From assembly GCA_963725665.1 (NCBI GenBank), contig CAVRZA010000002.1, forward strand, positions 416,001 to 480,000: DNA of 64,000 nucleotides, read 5' to 3'. The notes beneath the pieces were generated by a model that ran no database searches, was not told where the DNA came from, and was given only the letters and a program-made list of their open reading frames with translations. Source of the DNA: an uncultured Actinomycetes bacterium. Lineage in GTDB: Bacteria; Actinomycetota; Thermoleophilia; UBA2241. A program made the translations under genes and the position numbers. This document shows, piece after piece, positions 1 to 10,409 of this stretch. How positions within the stretch are numbered: the stretch's first letter is position 1; each line of letters begins with the position of its first letter.

Positions 1-1
1 G

Positions 2-487
2 GGCTACTACGAGGGCACCGTGGTCGAGAACCCGCCCGACCCCGCGCTCTACGCCGCGGTCGCCGCTGCGTTTCCCGACGCGATCCTCGAGGACGCCGTC
101 CTCAACGAGGAGACGACGCTGGCGTTGCGTGGTGCGGAGGGGCGCCTGAGCTGGGACGCGCCGATCCACGGCGTCGCCGATATCGAAGCCCTGCCCCTGC
201 CGCCCCGCTTCCTCAACATCAAGCCCTCTCGCTTCGGCTCGCTGGCGCGCCTGCTGGCGGCGATCGCCTACGCCGGCGGCCACGGCATCACCCTGTACGG
301 CGGCGGGCAGTTCGAGCTCGGCGTGGGTCGCGAGCAGATCCAGGCCCTGGCGAGCCTTTTCTACGCTGAGGGGCCCAACGATGTCGCGCCCGGAGGGTAC
401 AACGCTCCGGCGGCGCAAGCGGGCTTGCCCGCAAGTCCGCTTGCGCCGCCGGCGCACCCGGTCGGTTTCTCCTTCTCGAACGGCTGA
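2..487 (+). CDS. C-terminal part of an enolase-superfamily-like protein (starts before the window)
   Basis: Frame is open from position 2 (GYYEGTVVENP). Motifs LEDA, SWDAP, NIKPSRFG and YGGGQFELG resemble the enolase/mandelate-racemase TIM-barrel C-terminus. Stop overlaps the next start (TGATG). Confidence 0.6.
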   Translation, partial: GYYEGTVVENPPDPALYAAVAAAFPDAILEDAVLNEETTLALRGAEGRLSWDAPIHGVADIEALPLPPRFLNIKPSRFGSLARLLAAIAYAGGHGITLYGGGQFELGVGREQIQALASLFYAEGPNDVAPGGYNAPAAQAGLPASPLAPPAHPVGFSFSNG

Positions 488-1644
488 TGTCTCGACCGCG
501 CATGCCGCAGCAGACCCCCCATTTCGAACAAGGCCCCATCAGGCCGCCGAGCGAAGCTCACAGCCTGCTTGTGCGCGTGACCCGAAACTGCGGCTGGAAT
601 CACTGCGCCTTCTGTCCCGTCTACAAGGGGGCGAAGTTCTCGCTGCGTACGGCGGAGGAGATCGAGGCCGACGTCGACGCGATGGCCGCGGCCGCTCAGG
701 TCATGAACGAGGTCGGGACGATGGAGGCGCTGCACCAGGGGCTCGTGCCCCAGGAGGCCTACCAGGTGGCGCTCTTTGAGCGCGCCGGCGGCCATACCGT
801 GTTCTTGCAGGACGCCGACCCGATGGCTCTCAAGCCCGCCAAGCTGGCCGAGGTCATCGTCCGCGTCCGCGAGCGCTTCCCTGAGGTCGAGCGCGTGACC
901 ACCTACGGCCGCGGAGCGACGCTGGCGCGGCGCGCCGCGGACCAGTTGCGACTCGTGCGCGAGGCCGGCCTCACGCGCGTGCACGTCGGCCTCGAATCGG
1001 GGTCGGACGAAGTGCTGAAACGTATGGACAAGGGCTGCACCGCGGACCAGTACGTCGAGGCCGGCCGTCGCGTGCTCGAGGCCGGCCTCGAGCTCTGCCT
1101 CTACGTGATGCCGGGGCTGGGCGGCCGCGGCGAGGCCGCGGCCGCTGAGCACGTGCGCGGCACGGCCGACGTCGTGCGCCAAGTGGCGGCCTACGCCAAC
1201 GCCGACAGCCCACTTGTGGTCCGCCTGCGGACGGCGGCCGTCGCGGGCGGCACGCCGCTGGCGGATGCCGCCCGCGACGGCCGCTTCACGCTCCCCGACG
1301 ACCTCGAGATCGTTCGCGAGCTGCACGACCTGCTCGTGGCTCTCGGTGACGCGCAGTTGCGCCTCGTCTCGGACCACGCCCTAAACCTTCTGCCCGAGAT
1401 CGAGGGCGTACTGCCGGCCGACCGGGATCGGCTACTGGCCGTCGTCGACGAGTTCCTCGCCATGCCGCCGCGTGAGCGGGCTGAGTTCGTCCTCGGTCGA
1501 AGGCTCGGCATCTACTACTCGCTCGCGTCGCGGCGCGACGCGCAGCGACGCGCCTTGTTCGAGTCGAGCCTCCCGCACGGACGCTCGCTCAGCGAGCGCG
1601 AGATGCTCGACACCGCCGTCGCGCTGCGTTCGCGCTACATCTGA
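487..1644 (+). CDS. Radical SAM protein
   Basis: GPIRPPSE...RVTRNCGWNHCAFC (CX4CX2C variant), FLQDAD, HVGLESGSD. Confidence 0.88.
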   Translation: MSRPRMPQQTPHFEQGPIRPPSEAHSLLVRVTRNCGWNHCAFCPVYKGAKFSLRTAEEIEADVDAMAAAAQVMNEVGTMEALHQGLVPQEAYQVALFERAGGHTVFLQDADPMALKPAKLAEVIVRVRERFPEVERVTTYGRGATLARRAADQLRLVREAGLTRVHVGLESGSDEVLKRMDKGCTADQYVEAGRRVLEAGLELCLYVMPGLGGRGEAAAAEHVRGTADVVRQVAAYANADSPLVVRLRTAAVAGGTPLADAARDGRFTLPDDLEIVRELHDLLVALGDAQLRLVSDHALNLLPEIEGVLPADRDRLLAVVDEFLAMPPRERAEFVLGRRLGIYYSLASRRDAQRRALFESSLPHGRSLSEREMLDTAVALRSRYI

Positions 1645-1693
1645 CGTGACGGGCGCTCGGGTGAGGCGGCTGACGCCGGACTCGCCGGAGGAT

Positions 1694-2119
1694 CTACACC
1701 CCGACCGAGAGGACCACACCCGCGCAGGCAGCCACGATGGCCAGCTGCAGCGGTATGCCCAGCGCCGGTCCGCAGCGCCCGTGGGGGAAGCGCCGCCAGT
1801 GGCTGGGGAAGACGTGCCGACTCTCGCGTCCCCACATGGCACTGCCCACGACGTCGAAGTCGGGTGCGGCGGAGATTGGCCCCATGACGACTACGGCGAG
1901 CGGCATCCCCCAAACGAGGAGGGCGATCACAGTCGCCAGGGCGGCGAGGACGTCCACCGAGCCCCACAGCAAGCGCTCGCGGCCGGCGATGTAGTCCCAA
2001 TGCGGCACGAGGTCGAGGAGCACGTGCGAGGCGAGCACGACGAGCATCATCTGCCAGAAGGGCAGGTGCAAGAGCGAGGCGAGAGCGAGCCCGACGTACG
2101 TGTGGACGATGACCCACAC
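1694..2119 (-). CDS. Small membrane protein, possibly membrane metal-dependent hydrolase-like
   Basis: About 4 hydrophobic segments with His/Asp motifs (HTY, SHVLLDLVPHWD, APDFD). Confidence 0.6.
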   Translation of the reverse strand: MWVIVHTYVGLALASLLHLPFWQMMLVVLASHVLLDLVPHWDYIAGRERLLWGSVDVLAALATVIALLVWGMPLAVVVMGPISAAPDFDVVGSAMWGRESRHVFPSHWRRFPHGRCGPALGIPLQLAIVAACAGVVLSVGV

Positions 2120-2157
2120 GGGCCGCTAGCGCAGTGCCCCTCGAGGCTTCACCGCTG

Positions 2158-2688
2158 CTAGAGCGCGGCGAGCTGCCAGTCGAGGTTGAGCGTGTCGCAG
2201 AGCTGGGCGAGCGCCGCGCGCAGCGCGCCTATCGGCGTCGCGCGCGGCACAGAGATGACGAGCTCCATGGAGAACACGGGCGCTCCGGTGATCGGCGCCT
2301 CGGCGAGGGTGGTCTGTGCGCTCTCGATGTTCACGCCCAGCTCGGCCAGCAAATGGGCGAGCGGCTGCACGAGCCCGGGCTGGTCGATGGCCGAGGCCGA
2401 GAGCCGGTAGGGAAGCGCCTCGGCCGCGCCGGCGCGCGCCTCGAAGTCGGCCGGGTGCAGCTCGGCGTGGAGCGGACTCTCGCGGTTGAGGATGCCCAGC
2501 CCGTCCTGCAGACGCCCCATGGTCGTGTCGTCGCCGGCGACGAGCATCATGATGGTGAACTGGCCGTGCAGGTTCACCATGCGACTGTCTTCGATGTTGC
2601 CGCCGCGCTCGAAGACGTAGCGGGACACCTCGTCGACGAGTCCCGGGCGGTCGTCACCGATGGTCGTGAGCACCACGTGCCGCGTCAT
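2158..2688 (-). CDS. GcvR-like tandem ACT-domain protein
   Basis: Two ACT motifs (IGDDRPGLV, IDQPGLV) and GNIEDSRM; ATG at 2688. Confidence 0.85.
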   Translation of the reverse strand: MTRHVVLTTIGDDRPGLVDEVSRYVFERGGNIEDSRMVNLHGQFTIMMLVAGDDTTMGRLQDGLGILNRESPLHAELHPADFEARAGAAEALPYRLSASAIDQPGLVQPLAHLLAELGVNIESAQTTLAEAPITGAPVFSMELVISVPRATPIGALRAALAQLCDTLNLDWQLAAL

Positions 2689-2754
2689 GGCGGCAAGACT
2701 AGTCTCTTGCCGGCGGCCTGGCAAAGAGTGGCGCAGTCACCGCCCCCTGCTTCG

Positions 2755-3808
2755 TCAGGCGCGCTCGACCGACGACTCCCCTAGGCCCGACGCGTCCCCT
2801 GGGCCCGGCGAGACCGGCTCGGCGTCGACATCCTCGTCGCGCAGCCAGGTGGCCTGGCGACGCGGCCGCTCGTCGACCGTCAGCCGGAAGACGTCGGGAC
2901 GGTTGTAGTGCCCGGCCGCGTCGAGAGCCATCTGCTCTTCGCCGATACGCGCCAGGTCGGCCTCTGCATAGACGATCATCTCTCTACCGACTTCCGGTCC
3001 GGCAAGCCACGAGGCGTCGGGTGCGATGATGCCCGAGCCCCCGGGTATGAGCACGCCTTCGTCCTGGCCGAAGTCGCCGTTGGCTCCCATGGCTTCGGAC
3101 ACCTCGAAGTCGTCCGGCAGGTCCTTCGCCGTCAGGTACGTGCTTGCGCAGATCACGAAGCAGCGCCCCTCGAAGGCGTAGTGGCGGCTGGCCAGGTGGT
3201 GGATCTCGGGCGCCTCGGGCCACGCCGCGACGTGGATCTGCTCCGCCTTGGCGTGCATGGCGAACCTCGCCAGCGGCATCCAGTGCTCCCAACACACCAG
3301 GCCGCCGAGACGGCCGTGCGGCGTGTCGAAGACGTGCAGCGTGCTCCCGTCGCCGGCTCCCCAGACGATGCGCTCGGCGTGCGTGGGGATGAGCTTGCGA
3401 TGCACCCCCAGGATCTCGCCCTCGCGCGAGATGAAGAGGAGGGAGTTGTAGAGGGTGCCCCGCGAGTAGCGGCCGTCGCGCTCGTTGATGCCCACGACCA
3501 CCGTCACCTTGTGCTGACGGGCCGCCTTGCAGAGCGCGTCGGTCGCCGGTCCGGGCACGGTGACGGCGTTGCGCTGCAGACCGCGCGAAGGCGCGTTTCG
3601 GCGCCGCCTCGTCCCAGCCGGCGGCGCCGAAGATCCACGCCGGGTAGCCGGGGATCCACGTCTCAGGGAAGGCGATGATGTCGGCTCCGCCTCTGGCTGC
3701 CTCGTCGATCAGGACGGCCGCCTTGGCGACGGTCTCATCGAGCCTCGCGAACGCCGGCGCCGCCTGCACCGCGGCCAGCACCGGCTTCGTCGACTGCATC
3801 GCGCCCAA
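2755..3808 (-). CDS. Nitrilase / carbon-nitrogen hydrolase, apparent +1 frameshift near 3580
   Basis: N-terminal half AAVQAAP...FPETWIPGYP, C-terminal half HRKLIPT...CWEH (E-K-C triad). Removing one T restores FARLQRNAVTVPGP. AGGAGG SD before TTG 3808 / ATG 3799. Confidence 0.88.
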
Positions 3809-4007
3809 CGTCTCCTCCTTCGCTCGACGGCCATCCCTGCGGGTTCTCGCCATTCTACGTGGCCGCGGTCCGCAGCGCCCTTTGCGAAGATCCGCTGCGA
3901 CGGTCCGCAGCGCCGCCTTCGCCCAGTCCCGCCGCGACGGCGGGAGCGGGTCGGGATCCGCTTGTCCTTGCCTCTGGGAAGCTGTCCCCGGGTGCTAGCA
4001 TCCGCCC

Positions 4008-4550
4008 ATGACCGCAGCCGGACAGACGGGTGCTCGACTCGAGCTGCGCGAGTGTGCGGCGACCGACGTCGGCGGCGTGCTCTCCGTGATCGGCGCCGCG
4101 TCGGTCGCCTACCGCGGCGTGATCCCCGCCGATCGCTACCACGAGCCCTACATGCGGCCGGACGAGCTGCGGCACGAGATCGACGCCGGTGTGCGCTTCT
4201 GGGGCTGCTTCGCGGGCGATGAGCTCGTCGGCGTCATGGGCATCCAGGACGTCGACGACGTGACCCTCATCCGGCATGCCTACGTTCTGCCGGCGTGGCA
4301 GCGCCGCGGGGTCGGCAGCCGCCTTATCGCGCACATGACGGGTCTCGGCGGCAAGCCGCTTCTCGTGGGCACGTGGGCCGCGGCGGAGTGGGCCATCCAC
4401 TTCTACGAGCGACACGGCTTCGCTCTGGTCTCGCAGGAGGAGAAAGACAGGCTCCTGCGCCGCTACTGGGAGATCCCCGAGCGTCAGGTCGAGACCTCGG
4501 TCGTGCTGATCAGGCAGATCCCTGAAGGGATCCGGCGCTCGAGCAGCTAG
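4008..4550 (+). CDS. GNAT family N-acetyltransferase
   Basis: Acetyl-CoA motif QRRGVGS and FYERHGF. Confidence 0.88.
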   Translation: MTAAGQTGARLELRECAATDVGGVLSVIGAASVAYRGVIPADRYHEPYMRPDELRHEIDAGVRFWGCFAGDELVGVMGIQDVDDVTLIRHAYVLPAWQRRGVGSRLIAHMTGLGGKPLLVGTWAAAEWAIHFYERHGFALVSQEEKDRLLRRYWEIPERQVETSVVLIRQIPEGIRRSSS

Positions 4551-4963
4551 GCGGGCACTCCTGCGGCCGCCAGCAGCTCGCCGATGTCGGCCTCAGCAGC
4601 GCCGTGCAGCTCCTCGTGCACGCGCGCGAAGAACTGCTCCGCCGTGATGCGCAGGATCGCCTCGTTGACCCGGCGCGGCCTCACGGTGCGCTTCTTCTGA
4701 TCGAGGACGGGCATCGGGTCGCTCTCCCAGCGCGGCCGGGTGTCGGCCGCGGCGGCGCTCGACCAGTCGTTCGGGATGACCCGCAGGACGAAGCGGCGCT
4801 CGGCGACGACGGGGTGGAACGACGTCGGTCGCTCCGTGTCCTCGAGCTGGAACATCAGGCCGTCGTGGAAGAGATTGCGCCTGCCGATCGCCGCGGCGGC
4901 GCGGCACACAGCCTCGTGACCGTCGTAACGCCCTGCGTGATCGGAGAACGTCCAGCGTCCCAT
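4547..4963 (-). CDS. Hypothetical protein (~138 aa)
   Basis: Host-like codon usage from ATG 4963; stop overlaps the convergent GNAT gene; no recognised motif. Confidence 0.6.
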   Translation of the reverse strand: MGRWTFSDHAGRYDGHEAVCRAAAAIGRRNLFHDGLMFQLEDTERPTSFHPVVAERRFVLRVIPNDWSSAAAADTRPRWESDPMPVLDQKKRTVRPRRVNEAILRITAEQFFARVHEELHGAAEADIGELLAAAGVPA

Positions 4964-5227
4964 GTCTGCCTTGACCCCCCACGTTCGGGAACACCGCATC
5001 ACCATCAGTGTCGGCAGGGGGGTGTTCGGAACTTGAAAAACGAGCCAGCGAGCGGGTAGGGGGTTTCTAGGAGGATGACGCAGCCACCGCTCTCCCCTTG
5101 GCCAGGCACGCTCGCCGCGAGGACGTGTGGCCTGGGAGATGCGGTCAGTCCCGGCTCTCCTCTTCCTGATGCGTGTAGGGCTCATCCGGGAACAGTCCGT
5201 AGTGCCACCGACGAAGGAGGTGAGGTC

Positions 5228-5522
5228 ATGGTGGCGGTGAGTCCGGAGAACCTTGTCGGCCAAGCGGTCTACGCGCGCGATGCCCACCATTGTGGGCAGG
5301 GCCAAGGAGCTGGTCTACGAGGGAGAATACGTTGTCGTTCGGCGATCGCTGCTGTCGAAGCTCGTCGTGCCAGTCAGGGTGATTGAAAGCTCAGGCGACC
5401 GACTGAAGGTGCCGTACAGCTTGTCGTACCTTGACGACGCTCCGAAGGTCGACCCCAAGCACCCGATGTCTGAGGAGGACAGGGGCCGGCTCGATCGCTT
5501 CTACATGCCGCACGCGGCGTAG
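5228..5522 (+). CDS. Small PRC-barrel-like protein, apparent frameshift near 5285
   Basis: Strong SD AAGGAGGTG. MVAVSPENLVGQAVYARDA joins TIVGRAKELVY...LKVPYSLSYLDDAP after removing one C. Confidence 0.65.
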
Positions 5523-5527
5523 CAGTT

Positions 5528-5553
5528 GCGCCCCCGTCACTCGGCGGGGGCGC
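5528..5553. terminator. GC-rich hairpin after the PRC-barrel gene
   Basis: GCGCCCCCG...CGGGGGCGC inverted repeat between convergent units. Confidence 0.5.
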
Positions 5554-5691
5554 GCCTTCGCGCATCTCCCCACCGCAGCCGAGGGTGTGCTGCCAACGTG
5601 AGGGGACTCGTTCGCTTCATGCTAACCGCGGTAGGGGCTGATACCGTAGTGGGCGGCCCGGATCACGAGGGTCAGGAACCTTGCTGCAAGG

Positions 5692-5781
5692 TGGCGGAGG
5701 GGGTGGGATTCGAACCCACGGTACCCTTGCGGGTACACCGGTTTTCAAGACCGGGGCAATCAACCGCTCTGCCACCCCTCC
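5692..5781 (-). tRNA. tRNA-Ser(TGA)
   Basis: Acceptor GGAGGGG/CCCCTCC-G-CCA, anticodon arm CCGGT-CT-TGA-AA-ACCGG, long variable arm, GGTTCGAATCC T-loop. Confidence 0.97.
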
Positions 5782-5820
5782 GCGGGGCCTGCGGTGGTCC
5801 TTGCCGCAGTCGCGTCCTCG

Positions 5821-7084
5821 CTACCTGGCCGGACCGATCGTGTCCTTGCCCATGATACGCCTTGAGCGCCGACGGCACCTCCACGGTGCCGTCGGCGCGC
5901 TGGTAGTTCTCCATCACGGCGGCGATGGTGCGGCCGACCGCGACGGCGGTGCCGTTGAGCGTGTGCACGGGGCGCGGCCCCTTCTCGGTGCGGTAGCGGC
6001 ACTTGAGGCGGCGCGCCTGGTAGTCGGTGCAGTTCGAGCAGCTCGTGATCTCGCGGTAGCGCGCCTGCACGGGGAACCACGCCTCGAGGTCGTACTTCTT
6101 CGCCGCCGAGGCGCCGAGGTCGCCGGCGGCGATGTTCACCACGCGGTAGGGGATGCCGAGGCCGCGGAAGATCTCCTCCTCGGTCTCGAGGATGAGCTCG
6201 TGCTCGGCCGGCGACTGCTCGGGCAGGCAGAAGACGAACATCTCGAGCTTGTCGAACTGGTGCACGCGGAAGATGCCGCGCGTGTCCTTGCCGGCGGCGC
6301 CGGCTTCGCGGCGAAAGCAGGTGGAGAAGCCGGTGTAGCGCAACGGCAGCTCGTCGCCCTCGAGGAACTCGTCCATGTGCAGACCCGCCAGCGGCACCTC
6401 GGAGGTGCCGACGAGGCAGTCGCCGTCGGTCGTCTCGTAGATCTGTGCCCGGTCGGTGGGGAAGAACCCCGTGCCGTACATGGCTTCCTCGCGCACCAGC
6501 ACCGGCGGGACGACCGGCAGGAAGCCCTTGGCTTCGACGATGTCGAGGGCGTAGCGCACGAGGGCGAACTCGAGCCGCGGCAGGTCGCCGAGTAGGTAGG
6601 CGAAGCGCGAGCCGCTCACCTTCGCCGCGCGCTCCATGTCGATGACGCCGAGCGCTGTGCCCAGGTCGAGGTGGTCCTTGGGCTCGAAGTCGAACTGCCG
6701 CGGCTCGCCCTCGTGGCGCAGCGTCACGGAGTCCTCCTCGCCGCCGGCCGGCACGTCGGGGAGCGGGATGTTGGGGATCTCGAGCAGCATCTCCTGGAGA
6801 TGCTGCTCGACGTCGGCCAACTCCCGCTCGAAGGTCTTGATCTCATCGCCGAGCGCGCGCATGGCGGCGATCTGCTCCTCAGCCGCGCGCCCCTCGCGCT
6901 TCGCCCGTGCGATCTGCTCCGTCACCTCGTTGCGCCGCGCGCGGCGCTGCTCCGCCTCGGTGACCAGGCGGCGGCGCCGCTCCTCGACGACGAGGAACTC
7001 GTCGAGCGAGGACGTGCTGCCCCGCCGCTCGAGGGCCCGGCGGACCTCGTCGGGGTTGGCGCGCAGCAGCTTGACGTCGAGCAT
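5821..7084 (-). CDS. serS: Seryl-tRNA synthetase; probable frameshift near 5853, true stop near 5821
   Basis: GTSEVPL, FRREAG, HQFDKLE, EITSCSNCTDYQARR, HTLNGT. Removing one base gives AYMGKDTIGPAR* and avoids running through the tRNA. Confidence 0.96.
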
Positions 7085-7237
7085 CGTCGCACCTCACGGC
7101 GTGTCGGAAACATGAATTCATCATGCTACCACTGGGAGGAGTGAGTGAAGCCACGGGCTCGGAGCGGAGTGCGCCCGGCAGTGCGCCAGCCTGCCGCTAA
7201 GGTCGTAGCGCGAGGCCTGGGGGAGCGGGGGAGCCGC

Positions 7238-8161
7238 CTACGGGGAGAGGACGAGCCGGCCGGTCGCGCGCATGTAGTGGGCCCAGTAGCCTTGCAGGTC
7301 ACCGTAGCGGTCGGCGAGTCGCTGCAGCTCTTCGGGCGTCACCGGCTGCCCGGCGCCGTAGATCTGCCCCGCGATGCGCATGAGCGACTTATCGCCGTAG
7401 GGGATGCGCTCCATCCGTCCCAAGCTGCGGATCATGATGAGCGCCGCCGACCAGTCGCCTACCCCGGGGATGCTGCAGAGCCAGCGGAACACCTCGTCGT
7501 AGGCTCCCTCGCGGAGGAACGTGTCGTCCACTTCGCTGAAAGCGACGGCAGCGCCGCGCACGTACTCGGCGCGGCGACTGTTGCGCAGCAGACGAGTGAG
7601 GTCCTCGAGGCTTGCTTGCACGACCGCTTTCGCGCCCGGGAAGGGCCAGTACTGCATGCTGGCGACCTCGACGCCGGCCGAGAACTCCTTGATGAGCACG
7701 CGCTTCATCCGTTGCGCGATCGGCAGCAGGTTGCGCTGCGAGAGGATGGTCCAGCACGTGTTCTCGAACGGGGTGAGGAACTTGACCTGGTGGTAGCCGT
7801 ACAGCTCGCGCTTGACGGCGACGAACGGCGGGTCGGAGTCGATCAGGTCGTAGAGGGGATGCAGGTCGTCGTCTAGGCTGAGGTACACCGTGATGCGCCG
7901 CAGAAGCGCGGCCACGTCGGCTTCGCTCAAGGCGTCGTTGGCGTAGAACTCGTAGTGCAGCTCGGGTTCCTCGACCGTGCCCGTCGCGCGGAGCTTGAAG
8001 GCGACCGGAGTCTGACTGGCCCACGCGGCGCGCGTGAGCGTCGTCTCTGAAACGAGTTGCTCGCCGTGCATGGGGGGGAACGTCTGGATGAAGTCGAGCG
8101 ACTGGTCGAAGTCGAACGGGGCGACCGGTCGTAGGGTGCCTTCGCGCTCAACTCGGGCCAC
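7238..8161 (-). CDS. alkA: AlkA-family DNA-3-methyladenine glycosylase (HhH-GPD)
   Basis: PFENTCWTILSQ, HhH motif LCSIPGVGDWSA, PYGD, GYWAHY. Confidence 0.82.
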   Translation of the reverse strand: MARVEREGTLRPVAPFDFDQSLDFIQTFPPMHGEQLVSETTLTRAAWASQTPVAFKLRATGTVEEPELHYEFYANDALSEADVAALLRRITVYLSLDDDLHPLYDLIDSDPPFVAVKRELYGYHQVKFLTPFENTCWTILSQRNLLPIAQRMKRVLIKEFSAGVEVASMQYWPFPGAKAVVQASLEDLTRLLRNSRRAEYVRGAAVAFSEVDDTFLREGAYDEVFRWLCSIPGVGDWSAALIMIRSLGRMERIPYGDKSLMRIAGQIYGAGQPVTPEELQRLADRYGDLQGYWAHYMRATGRLVLSP

Positions 8162-8243
8162 GTGTCACCTCGCGTCGTTCTGGCCGCCTCCTACCCGGAG
8201 GCGGTCCGTTCCAAGCGCCCCGCCCGGCACCTGCTGGTGACGC

Positions 8244-8705
8244 TCAAGGCTCGGGCAGGCGCTTCTCCATGACGATTAGCTCGGGGCGGTCCGACTCGGG
8301 CACGCCCGAGAAGTCGTGGCGGCGGTACAGGTGCTGCGAGGCCTCGTCGCCGACGGGGACGAAGGCCTCGAGACGTCGCGCCCCGCGGTTGAAGGCCAAT
8401 CCCTCGACCCAATCCAGCAGCTGGTGCGCGACGGCCTGCGCCTCGCGCGCGGGGCTCACGCAGAGGCAGCGGACGACGAGGTCGCCGGCGTCGTCTTCGA
8501 CGGCCACGTAGCCGGCGACCTCGTCGTCGGCTTCGGCGATGAAGACCTCGGCGTCGCGCAGCAGATGCAGCAGCTCGTCGGGGTGATAGCGCTCGGGGTG
8601 GCCCGATTGCCAGGCGAGGGGGCGAAGGTTCTGTTCGGCGAGCAGGTACAGGACGCTCTCCTCGCCGGGGCGCATGAGCCTGATCTCGCACTGCAGACGT
8701 TCCAT
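8244..8705 (-). CDS. GNAT family acetyltransferase
   Basis: GNAT-like pattern (LCVSPAREAQAVA, LYRRHDF). Confidence 0.75.
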   Translation of the reverse strand: MERLQCEIRLMRPGEESVLYLLAEQNLRPLAWQSGHPERYHPDELLHLLRDAEVFIAEADDEVAGYVAVEDDAGDLVVRCLCVSPAREAQAVAHQLLDWVEGLAFNRGARRLEAFVPVGDEASQHLYRRHDFSGVPESDRPELIVMEKRLPEP

Positions 8706-8741
8706 GCTGACGGCCTCCCCCTGGGCTACAGCTTGATTATC

Positions 8742-9590
8742 TCACGCGGGGTAGGAGCCCAACACCTTCACCCAGGGCAGCTTGCAGACGAGGCAGTTCA
8801 GCGCCTGGGCGATGGGCTCGTCGTCCCTGCGTCCCTCCATGTCGATGAAGAAGATGTAATCGCCGAGCCCCTGCTTGGAGGGGCGCGACTCGATCTTGGT
8901 CAGGTTTACGTAGCGATGCGCGAACTCCTGCAGGATGAGGAGGAGGCTCCCCGGCTGGTCCTGGGCGATGCCGCAGACGATGCTCGTCTTGTAGCGCGCG
9001 TCGAGATCCTGGGGCGCATCCTCGCGCGCCAGGTAGACGAAGCGCGTGCGGTTGTCGACCGACGTCGTCGATGTCGTCGCCGATCACTGCGCACTCGTAC
9101 ATGTCGGCCGCGAGCCTCGTTCCGATGGCCACCCAGGGCCTCTTGACGCGGCTCACGCGGCGCACTGCCTCGGCCGTCGAGTCGGCGGCCTCGTGCTCGA
9201 CGTTGTCCAGGTGCTCGCGGATGAAGCCACGGCACTGTCCGTAGGCGTGTGGGATGGCTGATGACCTTGGTGACGGGTGCAGGTCGAGCGGCTCGCGGGC
9301 GATGAGCTGCTGGTGGACCGGGTGGACGATCTCACGCACGATGCGCAGCTCGTCGAAGCCCGAACGCCAGCTGTCGAGCGTGATCGACCACCGAGCCCTC
9401 GATGGAGTTCTCGATGGGCACGAGACCGAGCTTGGCGTCGCCTCGCGGCCACGGCCTGAGCACGTCGTCGGATCGACGGGTAGGGGAAGGGGTGGCAGTC
9501 GCCGCGGTCGGGCATGGTCTCGAGAAGGGTCTCCTCGGTGAAGGTGCCCTCGGGCCCCAGGAACGCGACCGTGTCGGTCGAGCCGCTCAC
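8742..9590 (-). CDS. pheA: Prephenate dehydratase with several indels (about 9060-9480)
   Basis: FLGPEGTFTEE, VPIENSIEG, GQCRGF, STAEA, NRTRF, DQPGSL, NLTKIESRP and VLGSYP motifs are spread across different frames. Confidence 0.9.
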
Positions 9591-9851
9591 GGGGAGACCC
9601 GGCTCCCGAGGGCCTGTGTCTCAGCCCGCGTCTCGGCCCGAGGGTCAAAGCCTGCCGCTCGTTCGTTCACACGCTGGGTCATACACAGAACGCTATCAGA
9701 AGCCGCCGCGATGCCGTAAGTCATGCGCGGCGGCTCACGTCGCGAGGACAGGTTGGAACACGTCGATTCGGCGCCTTCAGGGACCCCGACGTCGCCCTCT
9801 GCGCTCGTCACGCCACCGAAAACGCCGCCGTGAGCAAGCGGAGGCGGCCGA

Positions 9852-10394
9852 TCAGGCGTCCGCGTCGCTTGCTGGCGGCAGACGACGGTCGTCGCGGTCG
9901 GCAGCTTCGCCGGGAGACGCCTGCTCGACGGCGGCGACCTCCTCGGGTGAGAGGGCGCGGTCGGGCACTCCCTGGCGCAGCTCCTTGACGTAGAGGCGAG
10001 CCTCGTCGCGCGAGGTGATGGTGCTGATCACGATGCCGGAGCGGTCGCGGTCGAGCAGGGCAAGCGAGGCGCTTTGCTCTCCGCCGCTCTCGCGGAAGGC
10101 GTCGTAGCGCAGCAGCGCGCGGTAGGTGAAGGACTTGTCGAGCTCACGCTTGTGAGCGTCGATGCGTCCCTCGAGCGCCTCGACGGCGTCGCGCAGGTTG
10201 CGCACCTGATCTTCGAGGCCCTCGGCGTGTGAGACGAGGTCGCGCTCGCCGTGTCCACCCAGGACCACCTGCTGCGCCCGGCGCAGCCGGCGCACGCTGA
10301 CGAGAAGAGCGATCAGAAGGGCGGCGACGATGATCGCGGCCACGGCCGCGCCGAGGGCGAGGTAGGGGGAGATGTCGCGCAAGGTCTGTTCCAC
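9852..10394 (-). CDS. DUF4446-like protein
   Basis: N-terminal TM helix, coiled coil, RYDAF..SGGEQSASLALLD, LYVK, LSPEE. Confidence 0.85.
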   Translation of the reverse strand: MEQTLRDISPYLALGAAVAAIIVAALLIALLVSVRRLRRAQQVVLGGHGERDLVSHAEGLEDQVRNLRDAVEALEGRIDAHKRELDKSFTYRALLRYDAFRESGGEQSASLALLDRDRSGIVISTITSRDEARLYVKELRQGVPDRALSPEEVAAVEQASPGEAADRDDRRLPPASDADA

Positions 10395-10409
10395 GAGAAG
10401 GGTGAGGCT

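Noticed and set aside
5692-5781. Possible tRNA-Sec next to serS
   Set aside because: Anticodon is TGA (Ser), not TCA; normal 7-bp acceptor stem; no sel genes in the window.
5672-5820. SerRS C-terminal extension overlapping tRNA-Ser
   Set aside because: A single-base correction ends serS at 5821, before the tRNA.
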